In this document: positions 12,272-23,593 of the stretch, one piece after another | Layout: each line of letters begins with the position of its first letter | How positions within the stretch are numbered: position 1 is the first letter of the stretch | Position numbers and translations under genes: made by a program | Assembly (NCBI GenBank): GCA_051294905.1 | Contig: CM119372.1 | Span: 24,616,001-24,680,000, forward strand | Length of the DNA stretch: 64,000 nucleotides | Source of the DNA: Botryllus schlosseri | Taxonomy: Eukaryota | Direction of reading: 5' to 3' | The notes under the pieces: generated by a model | What the model saw: the letters and a program-made list of their open reading frames with translations, nothing else | What the model was told of the DNA's origin: nothing | The model's database searches: none

Positions 12272-14424
12272 CAGGGGTCGGCAAACCCCGGCACGCGTGC
12301 CATTTGTGGCACGCCAAATGATTTCACGTAAACGACATATTGAGACCATATTTTTGCAAAAAGTGAAACAGAAGTTTTCAAAATGGGCGATCCAGAATTA
12401 TTTCATCAATCAACAGAAAATATTGTCTTTTAGGGCAGATTTTACTTGAATTTGTTTTTTCACGCTCCGCTCAATTTCTTGGTAGGCTACTTGAGGTCTT
12501 GATTATAATGTGAAAACCCCCGATAAATAAATATATATATAAAAAATGTTTTTAAAATCTATGCATAATGTACAGAAATGAGTCAACTGTACTAGCAGTT
12601 ATGAGAGAACGTCAATCGAATATCGTGTGAAACCGTTTGGATTCTTTAGTCTAGGAGTGTTATACACCGTGCAGCCTACGGGAGCGCAACTTATGAACCG
12701 GCATTACGGCGCTGGGCATTTTCACGTCATAGAAGACACGGCCCAGACACAAAGCTGCGGACAACATGCGACCATTCGACTCCCATACGGTGTATGAGTT
12801 GTCACAATGATTGGCAGCAATAAAACCTTGAAACAAATAAACCGCCGCATGCTGGCCAAAACGTTAGACATTGATATGTCGACTGTCAAGTGTCAAGGCG
12901 CCGAAGTGACCAGCGCCGAATAGTCCAGCGGAAGTCTATCGGAATGAGATATTCTTTTAGTTTCGTCTGGTGTGCAAACGATTCTTTTATATCTAGAGCA
13001 ACGACAATCTTTAGCGCTTTACCGCGACCTTTGCAGACAAATCTAGTGTCAAGCCGACCTTACTGTGACGCCAAACCGACTTGAATAATACAGGGGTGGG
13101 CACACTTTTTATCATCATCAGACCAGCATGTCATCGTAACAACACTGATTGGCCTGTCACTTATTGGATACAGTGGACTTGGAAACGACCAAATCAACTA
13201 CATAAGAAATATCATTTCCCCATTCCGGGACTGGAAATAAATTATGTCAATATCATGTAAGCCAGGGGCGGATATAGGAAAATTAAGTGCTTGGCAGGCC
13301 GGATTGCTGAATCGATACATTATTCGCCAATTTATCCACATATACAAGGAATGAATCGTATTTAATGAATGTATTTTAATGTCACCAATGTCACTTCAAA
13401 GCCATTTCTCGCCGATAACGACGAAGACAATGTGGATTTGAGAACAGCATTGTCATAAATGCTTCGCCGTGTCTGCTTCTCTCTGATCAATTACTGGGCA
13501 AAATCGAGTACCCGAGTGCTTCGATTCTGAATCACGGAATATGCTTCGAGTCGAGTCGAGTAATCGAGTACCAACAATTATGACTTCAAAACAGAATGTA
13601 ATGCGTCAAAGTTCAAATATGTACCGTTTATGCCACCGCAAAGAACATAATGCCTGTTATCCATCTCGTAAATGATACTTTGGTATTTTTCGGACCATAT
13701 CGATTTCATTTCACTTGGTGACAATGTCGTGAGATTATCATGACTTCGGAAATGTGCTACGTTCAGTAACCTTCGTAGGGTATGTACTATATGCTTCGTA
13801 TGCGACGATACCCCCAATCAAGGTTTCAAGGCTTCAACAGTGAAAATTAAAAAAAACTATAATTCTCGTAGATAAATTAACTTTCAGCGTTCAGAAGCGC
13901 AAAATTTCAGTACTTAAAAAAACCGTCTTTTACTACTCGACTCGAATCATCAAAATTGATACTCGATACTCGACACTTCATTAGTGATGAGTAGGCCTAC
14001 ATCGTAAATGCCGATAATGCAAGTCTTCTCGCTTCGACGAACTTACGCATAAGCTCACACACGGACACAAGAACATACAGTCACTAAAATTTGACGTTTA
14101 AGCAAGTAGTGGGGAATCTCGGCAGACTTGAGCCGTGGGCCACATTATCATGTAGGACGGGAAACTGTCCGCGGGCCGTATGTTGCCCGTCCCTGATGTA
14201 AGCGATAGGTCGGGTGCGACAGCGACCATAATTTATTCCTTTCGTCGCCACTCAAGAATCACTGGAGTGACGGATGCCGTTGTCAGCTACAGAAAAACGG
14301 TTTGTGGTATTCCTTACTTGAAACGTGAAATATTAATAAATTGAATGCTTGGCACACAAGTTAGTAAAGAATTGGCATTTTGTGACATTTTGGCTCGCTG
14401 CACACAAAAGGTTGCCGGCCCCTG
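12272..14424. mobile_element. Older hAT-Charlie-like element containing nested MITE fragments
   Basis: TIR CAGGGGTCGGCAAAC / GTTGCCGGCCCCTG; imperfect TSD TCTTAGGC vs CTTTAGGC; internal TIR-like ends at 13091 (CAGGGGTGGGC) and 14195 (GCCCGTCCCTG). Confidence 0.6.
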
Positions 14425-15334
14425 CTTTAGGCGCAGTCATACTATTGCTACATTGATATTGATCGGAGTGAAAACCCGTTTATGTAAGCTACCAGCGACA
14501 GATATTACCTCACAACAAATTATGCAGTAGCCAGCACCCCCAATCGGACGAAGTTGGTTTTTATGATAAAATAAATCTATCAAATCACGAGTGATCCCGT
14601 ATGCAGGGCCGTAACAGCAGTTCGCCAGCCCCCCCTAAACTTTGGTCTTGGGCCACCCACATGTTGATGGATCACACTTTTGGGGGGCTTCGCCCCCCAC
14701 ATCCCCTCAGGCTGCCGCTAATTACCGCTACTATGTAGTCCTATTGTACTATGCTATCTTCAATCCCGATCGTTCCCTTCGGTATGGAGTCTAATGGAGT
14801 CTAATTCAATGACCGACTTCCGAAACAACGCGCAAAATATCGTAATTGTGTAACTGTCGTCCATTATGTTGGTTTTTCAAAATCCTATCTAAAATCATGA
14901 ATGACTTTGAACGCATTCGGCAAAATTATTGTCAGAAAATATAGCACGAAAGGAAAAATTAGCAGGCATGTTGATTTTGACATATGACAAAAAGGACAAA
15001 AATAGTGTTCTTTAGAGGAAACGACTGAGTACACAAGTACACAAGTATGAAACACTTTGTACAGGATTCATGGTTTTTCTTATTGGTCCCCTAATTCCAC
15101 ACCTGAATAGGCCTATTAAAATCTTTTGACGAAGGGTGTTATATTCTGCCGCTGAAAAGATGGAACATAGCTTCCGCATATTTAGCAAAGTACGCCTGGA
15201 TCATTGATACAGGATATTCGTTTAGATCAGTGCTTCCCAATCTTTTTCAATTCGCGACCCACTTTTCATACAAATGTCATTGTACATGAGATGTGACAAA
15301 ACGAATGAAAGCGTGATTCAGCCCACAATGCGTC

Positions 15335-15590
15335 GTTGTTGTTGTTTGTGGTATTCATGGTGTTTTTCGACTGCGATGGTCATTTACACCAGTATTCTTT
15401 ATTAGGATTCCGTAGCTGCCGACATGTGGTATAGCCCACATCTTGTCTTTTTTAGGACACCGCTGACGCAGAAAAGATGGAGAGTAGGAACCTGTGTATA
15501 GATATCACTCCAACACTTGTAATGGGATTATGGAGTCGACCTCGGTCGGACTCGAACCCGCGCAAACTATTGGTGTGCAGCTGTGGATCA
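15335..15590 (-). mobile_element. tRNA-derived SINE, same family as 27178-27428
   Basis: Reverse complement contains GCGGGTTCGAGTCCGACCGAGGTCGAC and the 3' end GTCGAAAAACACCATGAATACCACAAACAAC, both shared with the 27178 copy. Confidence 0.7.
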
Positions 15591-15609
15591 CAACGCGTAT
15601 GTATGTATG

Positions 15610-15869
15610 TGTTGTGAGCACGAAACAATATTCGTAAGCAGTTTATTACTTCGGCTTAAATGAACTAATACCTTGACTACGATACTCGCAATACCAACAG
15701 TTAAGACAACAGCAACATAAATGTAGAACGATTCTCAGTACGCGAAACAGGTAGACAGTCTGCAATCATTACAGTCCACGCCAGTACATTACGACGAATG
15801 ATCTTTAACACAGAAAGGTAATCACAACAAAACTGAAGTCGGTACCAATTAGACACCAAACATACAACA
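15610..15869 (-). repeat. 3' LTR
   Basis: Direct repeat of 19528-19787; adjacent to the PPT. Confidence 0.95.
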
Positions 15870-15885
15870 TTCACCCCTCCTTATT

Positions 15886-18800
15886 TTAATGAGGCACTGG
15901 TTGTCCGTATCTATTCGGTGGGACGCCTCGTGTTGTTCTAGAGGAGCGACGAGGTACAACTTGCATTTCGTTTGAACGGAAAGGAGAATTGTCCGCTACG
16001 TTTGGCGGTTCTTCATCCTTCTGGGTAACGAGCTTGCAACCCTCGATGGCATCGGGGAGCTCCGGAACAACCGGAATTTCTTCCGGAACTTGCGGACGAG
16101 GACACGGGGCAATATCGGTTATTGCAACGTTTCTTTCTCTTCCATCGACGTGGCGAACGTTCGCATACAACGGGTTGGCATTCAACAATTCCACTTCCTC
16201 CACCAAATCGTCGTTTTTATTCGAACGGACGTGACGTTTCAGGAACACAGGACCAGGTTGGGATAACCAAGTCGGCAGGGTCTTTCCGCTGGGTAGCCTG
16301 CGATTGAAACCAAAAAACAGTTCATGCGGAGTAGAATTTGTACTAGTACAAAGCAGGGAGCGAGTCGCTCGTAATACATGAGGTAAAGCTAGCTCCCAGG
16401 ATTCGACGGGTAACTCGTGTGATCGAAGGTATAATCGGATCGCTTTCCACAAAATCCCATTATAGCGTTCGACTTGAGCATTTCCGGTCGGATGATAAAC
16501 GGTAGAATGACTGCTTGCAACGCCCTTACAGAGCAGGTAATCTTTGATTTCGCGAGACATGAACGAACTACCACGATCTGAATGAATGTAACTAGGCGTA
16601 CCACAAAGAGCAAATAGCTCATCTAGACATTTGATAACAGTGGATGACCACATATTTGGACAAGCGAAGCAAAATGGAAAGCGTGAAAATTCGTCAACCA
16701 CTACTAGTATATATCTGTTACCAGTGTTCGATGGCAGGGGGCCTTTGAAATCCATGTTTAAACGCTCGAACGGTTTTGTGGACTTGATCAGGACTCCCTG
16801 TTCTCGGCGATAAAACCGAGGCTTGATTTCGGCACACACTTGACATGTCGAGCATACTCTTTTCACATCGGAAGTTGAGTAGGGCAAGTTCTGCGAACGA
16901 ACAACATGAAGAAGCCGGGTGACTCCCGGGTGACACAGCTCTCGATGCAGTTCTTCGAGATTACACGTCGAAATGGACGAACAATGGGCTCGGGTCAGGG
17001 CGTCGGGTGCACAATTCAATTCTCCTGGCCGATATCGAATATCGTACGTGAACTGCGCCAACTCTAGGCGCCAACACTGAATCTTATTGTTCTTGATTTT
17101 CGACCGCTTTCGCATATCGAACATGAACGAAACAGCTTCCTGATCCGTGATCAAGGTAAATCTTCGTCCTGCCAAAAAGTGCTGCCATTTCCTCACTGCT
17201 TCGATAATAGCAGTCGCCTCTTTCTCGACGGCAGGGTAGTGCTTTTCGCTATTGTTGAGCGTGCGGGACATGAAAGCAATAGGTCGGCCACCCTGATTCA
17301 ACGTCGCCGACACTGCGACATCGGAGGCATCACACTCCACCACAAAGGGCTCGTCGTCATCGATCGCTTGTAAAGCGGCGTCCTCCACGCCCTTTTTCAA
17401 TGCATTGAAATCATTCAAGCACTTCGCGTTGATTGGAAAATCGACACAGTTGATCAAACTTGCAATTTTGTCTGAGAACGCCGGTATCCACTTTGCGTAA
17501 TAGGCAAATAATCCCAACGCCCTCTTCAGAGCTTTCTTGTTTGTAGGTGGAGGCAATTCACGCAATGGTTTCAATCGCTCCGGATCAGGTTTTATGACAC
17601 CACGACCAACACGGTATCCTAATATATCCACCTCTGCGACCGATGAAATGGTCTTATTGTGGTTGAGAGTCATGTTTCTTGCACTCAACGCATTCAACAA
17701 GCGCTCAACACTTTTATCGTGTTCCGACTGTGACTGGCCTCCGACAGTGACATTATCAAGGTATGGAAACGTATCTGTCAGTTTGTCCGAATCGACAATC
17801 GCGTCCATAGTTCGTTGAAATGCGGGTACACCGTTTGTGACCCCGAACGGCAACCGATTGAACTCCCACAATCGACCGACGGCTTCAAAAGCGGTAGGCG
17901 CTTTATCGGACTCTTGTAGCTCCAATTGGTGATACGCGCTCTTCAAATCAAAAGTTGAAAATACTTTGTATTTTGCCAGTTTTTGTACGATGTCCTCTAT
18001 GCGAGGCAAAGGGTAGGCATCGAGTACCGTAAAGCGGTTCACAGTTTGCGAATAATCTATGCACATTCGCTTTTTACCGGATTCTTGATTGGTTACGACC
18101 AATGGCTGAGCGCGCCATGGTGAACTACTTGGTCTTATAATTCCGTCTTTCGACAGCTTGTCAACTTCAGATTCGATGAAGGCTGTATCTGCAGCGCTAT
18201 AACGCCTTGATGGCACGCACACTGGCTTGAAATCTGACGTAACGGACTTGAAGAGTTGTGGACATTTCGTGTTAGATGCTAGAACAGCACAGGTTCTACG
18301 GTCCTGAGATGATATAACGAGTTCCGGGTCTTTGCCATTATACGTGAACACCACGCGTTTATGTCGTTTCTGAAAGTCTTGACCAAGTATTATATCGCAA
18401 CAGAGATCTTTCATGACGCCTAGCGTGACATTTCTGTAAACCTTCCCGTTCAACACCAACTCTACGATGCATTGACCAGAGATTGATTCTTTCAGAGACT
18501 TTGCCGCCATCGTTACGCAATCTGTATAGGGCAACACCTTCAATTTCATCGCTTCAACTGTCCTTGGATTGATGTAGCTTAAGCCACTTCCAGGATCCAC
18601 CAACGTTGACATTCGCTCGTCTTTTAGGAATGTATCTATGATTGCGTAACGCAAACATCTTGGTGCTTCTTGTATAGCGCAGGACGAGGACGAACTATGT
18701 TTCGTGGATGGTGTTTTTCGAGTGGATGCATCCGCTACACTTTTGCAAACTTTCGAGTAGTGCCCCGTCATCCCACATTTGTAACAGGTGGATGAGCGTG

Positions 18801-19497
18801 CTGGACAATTTTTACGGGCATGTTGAATTTTGTCACCACAAAAATAACATTTCCACTTGCCACGATGCACAGCTGCTGCAGCGTTTTCACGTTCTTTGTC
18901 GGATGCTGCTTCAGATTGAACGGTTGCTATTGGAATCTCGGCACCGCCAGAAGACATGTACGAGGACGAATTCCTTTGTGCAATGTCCAAGGTCCGGGCC
19001 TTCCTAAAGGCACTGTCAATTGTCAATTCGGTTTCCTCCAACAACCGCTGCCGTATGGCATGCGAAAGAATGCCGTTGATGAAGGAGTCTCGAATAAATC
19101 CGTCTCGGTGTTCAGTTTTGGAGACTGCAAGAAAGTTACAATCCTTGCTCAACCTGCGTAGTTCTTGCAAATATTCATCCAAGCTTTGTCCGTGCTTTTG
19201 TTTCGTTGTCGCCAGCACATGACGTGCAAACACCTCGTTAGGTGCTTTGACAAAAAGGTTTTCTAACGTTGCAATTGCGGTTTCATATGTCTCAGCTTCA
19301 TCGATATACTCGAAAAGGACATACGATAAGAAGTTTGTAAGAATCTTGAGTTTTTCTATTCTGGCACTTCCTGTCTCGAAGGCCGCAAGATAATTCTCGA
19401 AAGTTCTTCGCCAATGCTTCCACTCTTTCTCTGACGTCGGGCTATTGGGTTCAATTTCCAATACCTTCGGTTTCAACGGCTTCAGTGCTTCAGACAT
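15886..19497 (-). CDS. Gypsy Gag-Pol polyprotein (Gag zinc knuckles, protease, RT, RNase H, integrase), 1203 aa
   Basis: CYFC..H..C and CYKCGMTGHYSKVC knuckles; LVDPGS protease; RMCIDY, LPFG and YLDN in RT; CDASD and TD in RNase H; HHCC plus D(FKG), (S)D(RG), E(RYNG) in integrase; Gypsy domain order. Confidence 0.96.
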   Translation of the reverse strand: MSEALKPLKPKVLEIEPNSPTSEKEWKHWRRTFENYLAAFETGSARIEKLKILTNFLSYVLFEYIDEAETYETAIATLENLFVKAPNEVFARHVLATTKQKHGQSLDEYLQELRRLSKDCNFLAVSKTEHRDGFIRDSFINGILSHAIRQRLLEETELTIDSAFRKARTLDIAQRNSSSYMSSGGAEIPIATVQSEAASDKERENAAAAVHRGKWKCYFCGDKIQHARKNCPARSSTCYKCGMTGHYSKVCKSVADASTRKTPSTKHSSSSSCAIQEAPRCLRYAIIDTFLKDERMSTLVDPGSGLSYINPRTVEAMKLKVLPYTDCVTMAAKSLKESISGQCIVELVLNGKVYRNVTLGVMKDLCCDIILGQDFQKRHKRVVFTYNGKDPELVISSQDRRTCAVLASNTKCPQLFKSVTSDFKPVCVPSRRYSAADTAFIESEVDKLSKDGIIRPSSSPWRAQPLVVTNQESGKKRMCIDYSQTVNRFTVLDAYPLPRIEDIVQKLAKYKVFSTFDLKSAYHQLELQESDKAPTAFEAVGRLWEFNRLPFGVTNGVPAFQRTMDAIVDSDKLTDTFPYLDNVTVGGQSQSEHDKSVERLLNALSARNMTLNHNKTISSVAEVDILGYRVGRGVIKPDPERLKPLRELPPPTNKKALKRALGLFAYYAKWIPAFSDKIASLINCVDFPINAKCLNDFNALKKGVEDAALQAIDDDEPFVVECDASDVAVSATLNQGGRPIAFMSRTLNNSEKHYPAVEKEATAIIEAVRKWQHFLAGRRFTLITDQEAVSFMFDMRKRSKIKNNKIQCWRLELAQFTYDIRYRPGELNCAPDALTRAHCSSISTCNLEELHRELCHPGVTRLLHVVRSQNLPYSTSDVKRVCSTCQVCAEIKPRFYRREQGVLIKSTKPFERLNMDFKGPLPSNTGNRYILVVVDEFSRFPFCFACPNMWSSTVIKCLDELFALCGTPSYIHSDRGSSFMSREIKDYLLCKGVASSHSTVYHPTGNAQVERYNGILWKAIRLYLRSHELPVESWELALPHVLRATRSLLCTSTNSTPHELFFGFNRRLPSGKTLPTWLSQPGPVFLKRHVRSNKNDDLVEEVELLNANPLYANVRHVDGRERNVAITDIAPCPRPQVPEEIPVVPELPDAIEGCKLVTQKDEEPPNVADNSPFRSNEMQVVPRRSSRTTRGVPPNRYGQPVPH

Positions 19498-19527
19498 TGT
19501 ATCGTCAAGAACTTTAGTTCATTTAAT

Positions 19528-19787
19528 TGTTGTGAGCACGAAACAATATTCGTAAGCAGTTTATTACTTCGGCTTAAATGAACTAATACCTTGACTACGA
19601 TACTCGCAATACCAACAGTTAAGACAACAGCAACATAAATGAAGAACGGTTCTCAGTACGCGAAACAGGTAGACAGTCTGCAATCATTACAGTCCACGCC
19701 AGTACATTACGACGAATGATCTTTAACACAGAAAGGTAATCACAACAAAACTGAAGTCGGTACCAATTAGACACCAAACATACAACA
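19528..19787 (-). repeat. 5' LTR
   Basis: Direct repeat of 15610-15869; 30 bp upstream of the gag ATG; contains AATAAA on the minus strand. Confidence 0.95.
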
Positions 19788-19859
19788 GTATGTATAATTG
19801 GAAATGGTGCATATAACTGCAAATGTTTTTTGCACCATGCCATTTCAAAATCAAAAGAT

Positions 19860-22830
19860 CTATACTATAGCATATCTATGGTGTCATATTTCTCTACCAG
19901 ATAATATGACAAATTCAATTACTGGTATACTGGTATAAGGGCTAGAGAGCAATAGTTCAATTTCCATTGGTACGTTATGATACCGCGCATTGTCCTGCAA
20001 ATGTTGTCGATGTCGATCGTACTTTCTACATTCAAGTAGAAAGTGCGCTACCGTCTCGGGTACTTGGCAATCTTCGCATAATCCATTTGGGTGACAATGC
20101 AATTTGAGCAAGTGATAATTGAGTTTGCAATGTCCGGTCCTTAATCGGAATAGGACAGAGGAAGCTCTTCTTGTTGTTTCTTCGCTGGGATACGTTTGGT
20201 ACGATTCCGCATTGGGTGAGAAAATTCTTCTGTATTGCGATTCATGATCCACTTGCCTGAATCCTTCTTAGAACAGGCTTTGGCATACTTCCGACTCAAC
20301 ACTTTTATATTCCTTGGTGGACAGTTCAACTTGATCCTCACCGCCTCTATGCAGCGCGGCCGATTTAGCCAGCGCATCTGCGATTTCGTTGCACCCCACT
20401 GAACAGTGACCTGGAATCCACAGCATAGTGATGTTGAAGCCTCGGCGTTTCAAATCAGTACACTGGAGTATTATGTCTGCAACAGTAATGTTATTTAATA
20501 CGCGTGATCGGATAGCTTGTAGTGAACTCGGACTATCGGATAAGATAACTATATATCAGGGTTGTAACCAAGTCACAAGGCTTCGAGTCACAAGTCAATC
20601 TCACTTTTATAGTTTGGACTCGAGTCAAGTCGAGTCATTTTCAATTCTCACCGAGTCAAGTCCGAGTCCAAGTCATCGTGCAGAGGTTCGAGTGCGAGTC
20701 ATAGTATTATGACTCGAGTCCGAGTCCAAGTCATTCTGTTGACTGCTCAGTTTACAGTGAAAATCTTGCTAAACCCACTTTTATAACTATGTTTGGCGAT
20801 ATCAAATGGTTTGCAATATAATATACTAATTTTCCTCACTTTAAGCAATTTCTGGTCGCATTTCCAAGTATATCTACTAGTACCAATAGACGAAGTGCTA
20901 ATAGGGTGGTTAAGTTACTATTTTTCGAAATTACAATGAAATGTCGGTCTCAGCCGTCTGAGTCTCGAGTCATATGACTTGGTGAGAAAATGACTCGAGT
21001 CAAGTCGAGTCATCAGAAAATCGTGACTCGAGTCATTACAACCCTGCTGTATATCATAGTTACTAGTGTCGTATCTTTGAATCCATTTGAGGCTTTCCTG
21101 TACAGCTATGAGCTTCGTTGAAAATACTGATAAATGGTGGTTTAGTGATACATTTTTTGACACACCCTCGCCCCACACGTAGAAGGCAGCTCCACACCCA
21201 ATCTCAGTTTTTGAACCATCAGTATATATTTTGATAGATTCTCTATAATAATCGTAAATGTATTGCTCACTTACCAATTTGATAACTGCTTGGGTCGGTT
21301 TTTCGGAGCATCAACGATATAGCCTACTTATACGTCTACGCGACAGTCTAGACTCTAGAATGTCTTTCCATGGTGGGATGGGGAAAGTGTCAGACTTGTA
21401 TATAGATATATACCTCACGGCAGGTATGTTCGATACTATATTAAATGTTCTGAAGGAATGCGATGGGAAAAGCTCATGCCATAATTGTTGTACGAGAGAT
21501 CGACAGGGGTGATCATTGCCGGATAATATATTTCCTCGGAACTTCAAACAGGCCTGTAAATGACGTAAGTGAACTGGCAGCTCGTTACACGCGTGTTGCA
21601 AAGAGTATATCGGCGTACTACGCATATCTCCACAACAAAGTCGGAGGGCGGCATTTTGAACAGCTTGCACTGATCTGATCACATATTTAGGGGCGAACAT
21701 GTACGCCTCGAATCCATATTCAGTTACCGATCTTATTAATGCTCTATATATAGGGTCAGGAGACAGTCTTTGGACGCACCCCAAGATGTGCCACTAAGAA
21801 GGCGCAGTAGATTAGGACTCTTGGTGCAGATTCCAGTGACAATTCTCGAATGTGCTCGGTAGCTTAATCTAGCATCAAACGTAACCCCAAGATATTTATA
21901 CTCATTTTTTGTGTGAACCATAGCATCATTAAAAACCAATTTCACTTCAGGTAGTTTACGTCGTCTAGAAAATAGTACGGCCGCAGACTTGTCCATGTTA
22001 ACTCTAAATCCCCATTTCTGACACCAGCGTGACAATTCGTGTAGCGATTGTTGCATTGTATCTATAAGACTATTGGCGTCCAGACCTGACTCCCACATAC
22101 ATACGTCATCGGCGAAAAGATTCATATTTGATGTCACGGCATCTGGCAGGTCATTCATCATTAAAAATAAGACTGGACTAAGAATGGAACCTTGAGGTGT
22201 GCCATTTTCTAGCTGCTGGATATCTGACACGGAACTACCCAGGCGGACTTGAAATGACCTTCCATTTATGAATGTGTTAATCCAGTGTAGCATATTACCA
22301 TTTATTCCTAATGAGTGACGTTTATAGATTAGGCCATCGCGCCATACCATATCATACGCCTTCTCGAAATCGATGAACATAGCCAACGTCGATCTTCTGT
22401 TAGCCAAGGACTTATATATTTCATCGTACAGTAGCAGGATGCAATCACTCGTGGAATGTTTCATCCTGAACCCACTTTGCGCTTGATGGATGAGGCCATT
22501 GGTCTCAAGGAACCACCGTAATCTATTCGCAATTATCTTGTCCATTACCTTACAAAAATGGCTCGTGAGCGATATAGGGCGATCGGTTCACCTTTTTTCT
22601 GTATTGGTACCACTATCGAGTGTTTCCATTCGTCAGGGCACCTTCCGTTTACCCACGTATTATTTATCACTGCGAGGACGGTCTCTCTACTTTTGACATT
22701 CATGTTAGTGAACATCTGATAGCATATCCTGTCTGCGCCGGGTGATGTCGATTTACGTTTCTCTATTACCGTCAGCAACTCGGTCATGTCGAGCTCTGTA
22801 TTGAAAGCATGCCCCAATCGTTGCGTGGTT
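19860..22830 (-). mobile_element. 5'-truncated, frameshifted non-LTR retrotransposon with RT, RNase H and CCHC finger (I/Nimb/Loa group)
   Basis: ORF pieces QSGFR, DFEKAYD, GTPQGSILSP, FADD, KYLG; RNase H YTDGSK, ILSDS, LWIPGH..GCNEIADALAK; terminal CEDC..ETVAHFLLEC. Confidence 0.92.
20557..21046. mobile_element. hAT-type MITE with GACTCGAGTC repeats, interrupting the LINE RNase H
   Basis: TIR CAGGGTTGTAA / TTACAACCCTG; TSD CTATATAT / CTGTATAT. Confidence 0.9.
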
Positions 22831-23003
22831 GTTGTAGTATCGGCTGTATATGATCTATTGCGAAGGAGGTTCTGGTAGATCTAAATTAGTCGTACAGGTT
22901 TCCGGCCAAATCGCAAATCCAACCAAAACCCAATCCTCAATCTCAACAATACCCGGCCCTAACCCGTATTTTAGTCACATGTTGAAGTGTAATTACTACT
23001 GAA

Positions 23004-23593
23004 CAGGGTTGTAACCAAGTCACAAGGCTCCGAGTCACAAGTCAATCTCACTTTTATATTTTTGACTCGAGTCAAGTCGAGTCATTTTCAATTCCCACCG
23101 AGTCAAGTCCGAGTCCAAGTCAGCGAACAGAGGATCAAGTCCGAGAGATGGTATTATGAGTATGACTCGAGTCCGAGTCCAAGTCATTGTGTTGACTGTT
23201 CAGTTTCCAGTTAAAGTCTTCCTAAACCCACTTTTTTAACTCTGTTTGGTGATATTGAATGGTTCGCATTTATAATATATCAATTTTTCTCACTTTTAGC
23301 AGTTTCTGGTCGCATTTTCAAGCACCAGTACCAACAAACGAAATCCCAATAGCGTGTTGGCTTCAAAATTACAATGAAATGTAGGTCTTCGCCGTCTGAA
23401 TCTCGAGTCAATGACTTGCTTCGAGTCATGCGCAATGACTCGAGTCCAAGTCGAGTCAATACACAGATTGACTCGAGTCGAGTCGAGTCATTTCCGTATT
23501 TTGAGAAAATGACTCGAGTCGAGTCGAGTCATCTGAAAATTGTGACTAGAGTCTGACTCGAGTCGATTCATGACTCGAGTCATTACAACCCTG
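23004..23593. mobile_element. Second copy of the GACTCGAGTC MITE
   Basis: Same TIRs; perfect 8-bp TSD CTACTGAA (22996-23003, 23594-23601). Confidence 0.93.

Larger units (their letters stand above)
15610..19787 (-). mobile_element. Full-length Ty3/Gypsy LTR retrotransposon, recent insertion
   Basis: 260-bp LTRs TG...CA at 15610-15869 and 19528-19787, differing at 2 positions that I could see; 5-bp TSD GTATG; polypurine tract AAAATAAGGAGGGGTGAA (minus, 15870-15887); single gag-pol ORF. Confidence 0.97.

Noticed and set aside
20918..21046. Novel C-terminal extension of the LINE RNase H ORF
   Set aside because: Read-through into the inserted MITE; the RNase H resumes beyond 20556.
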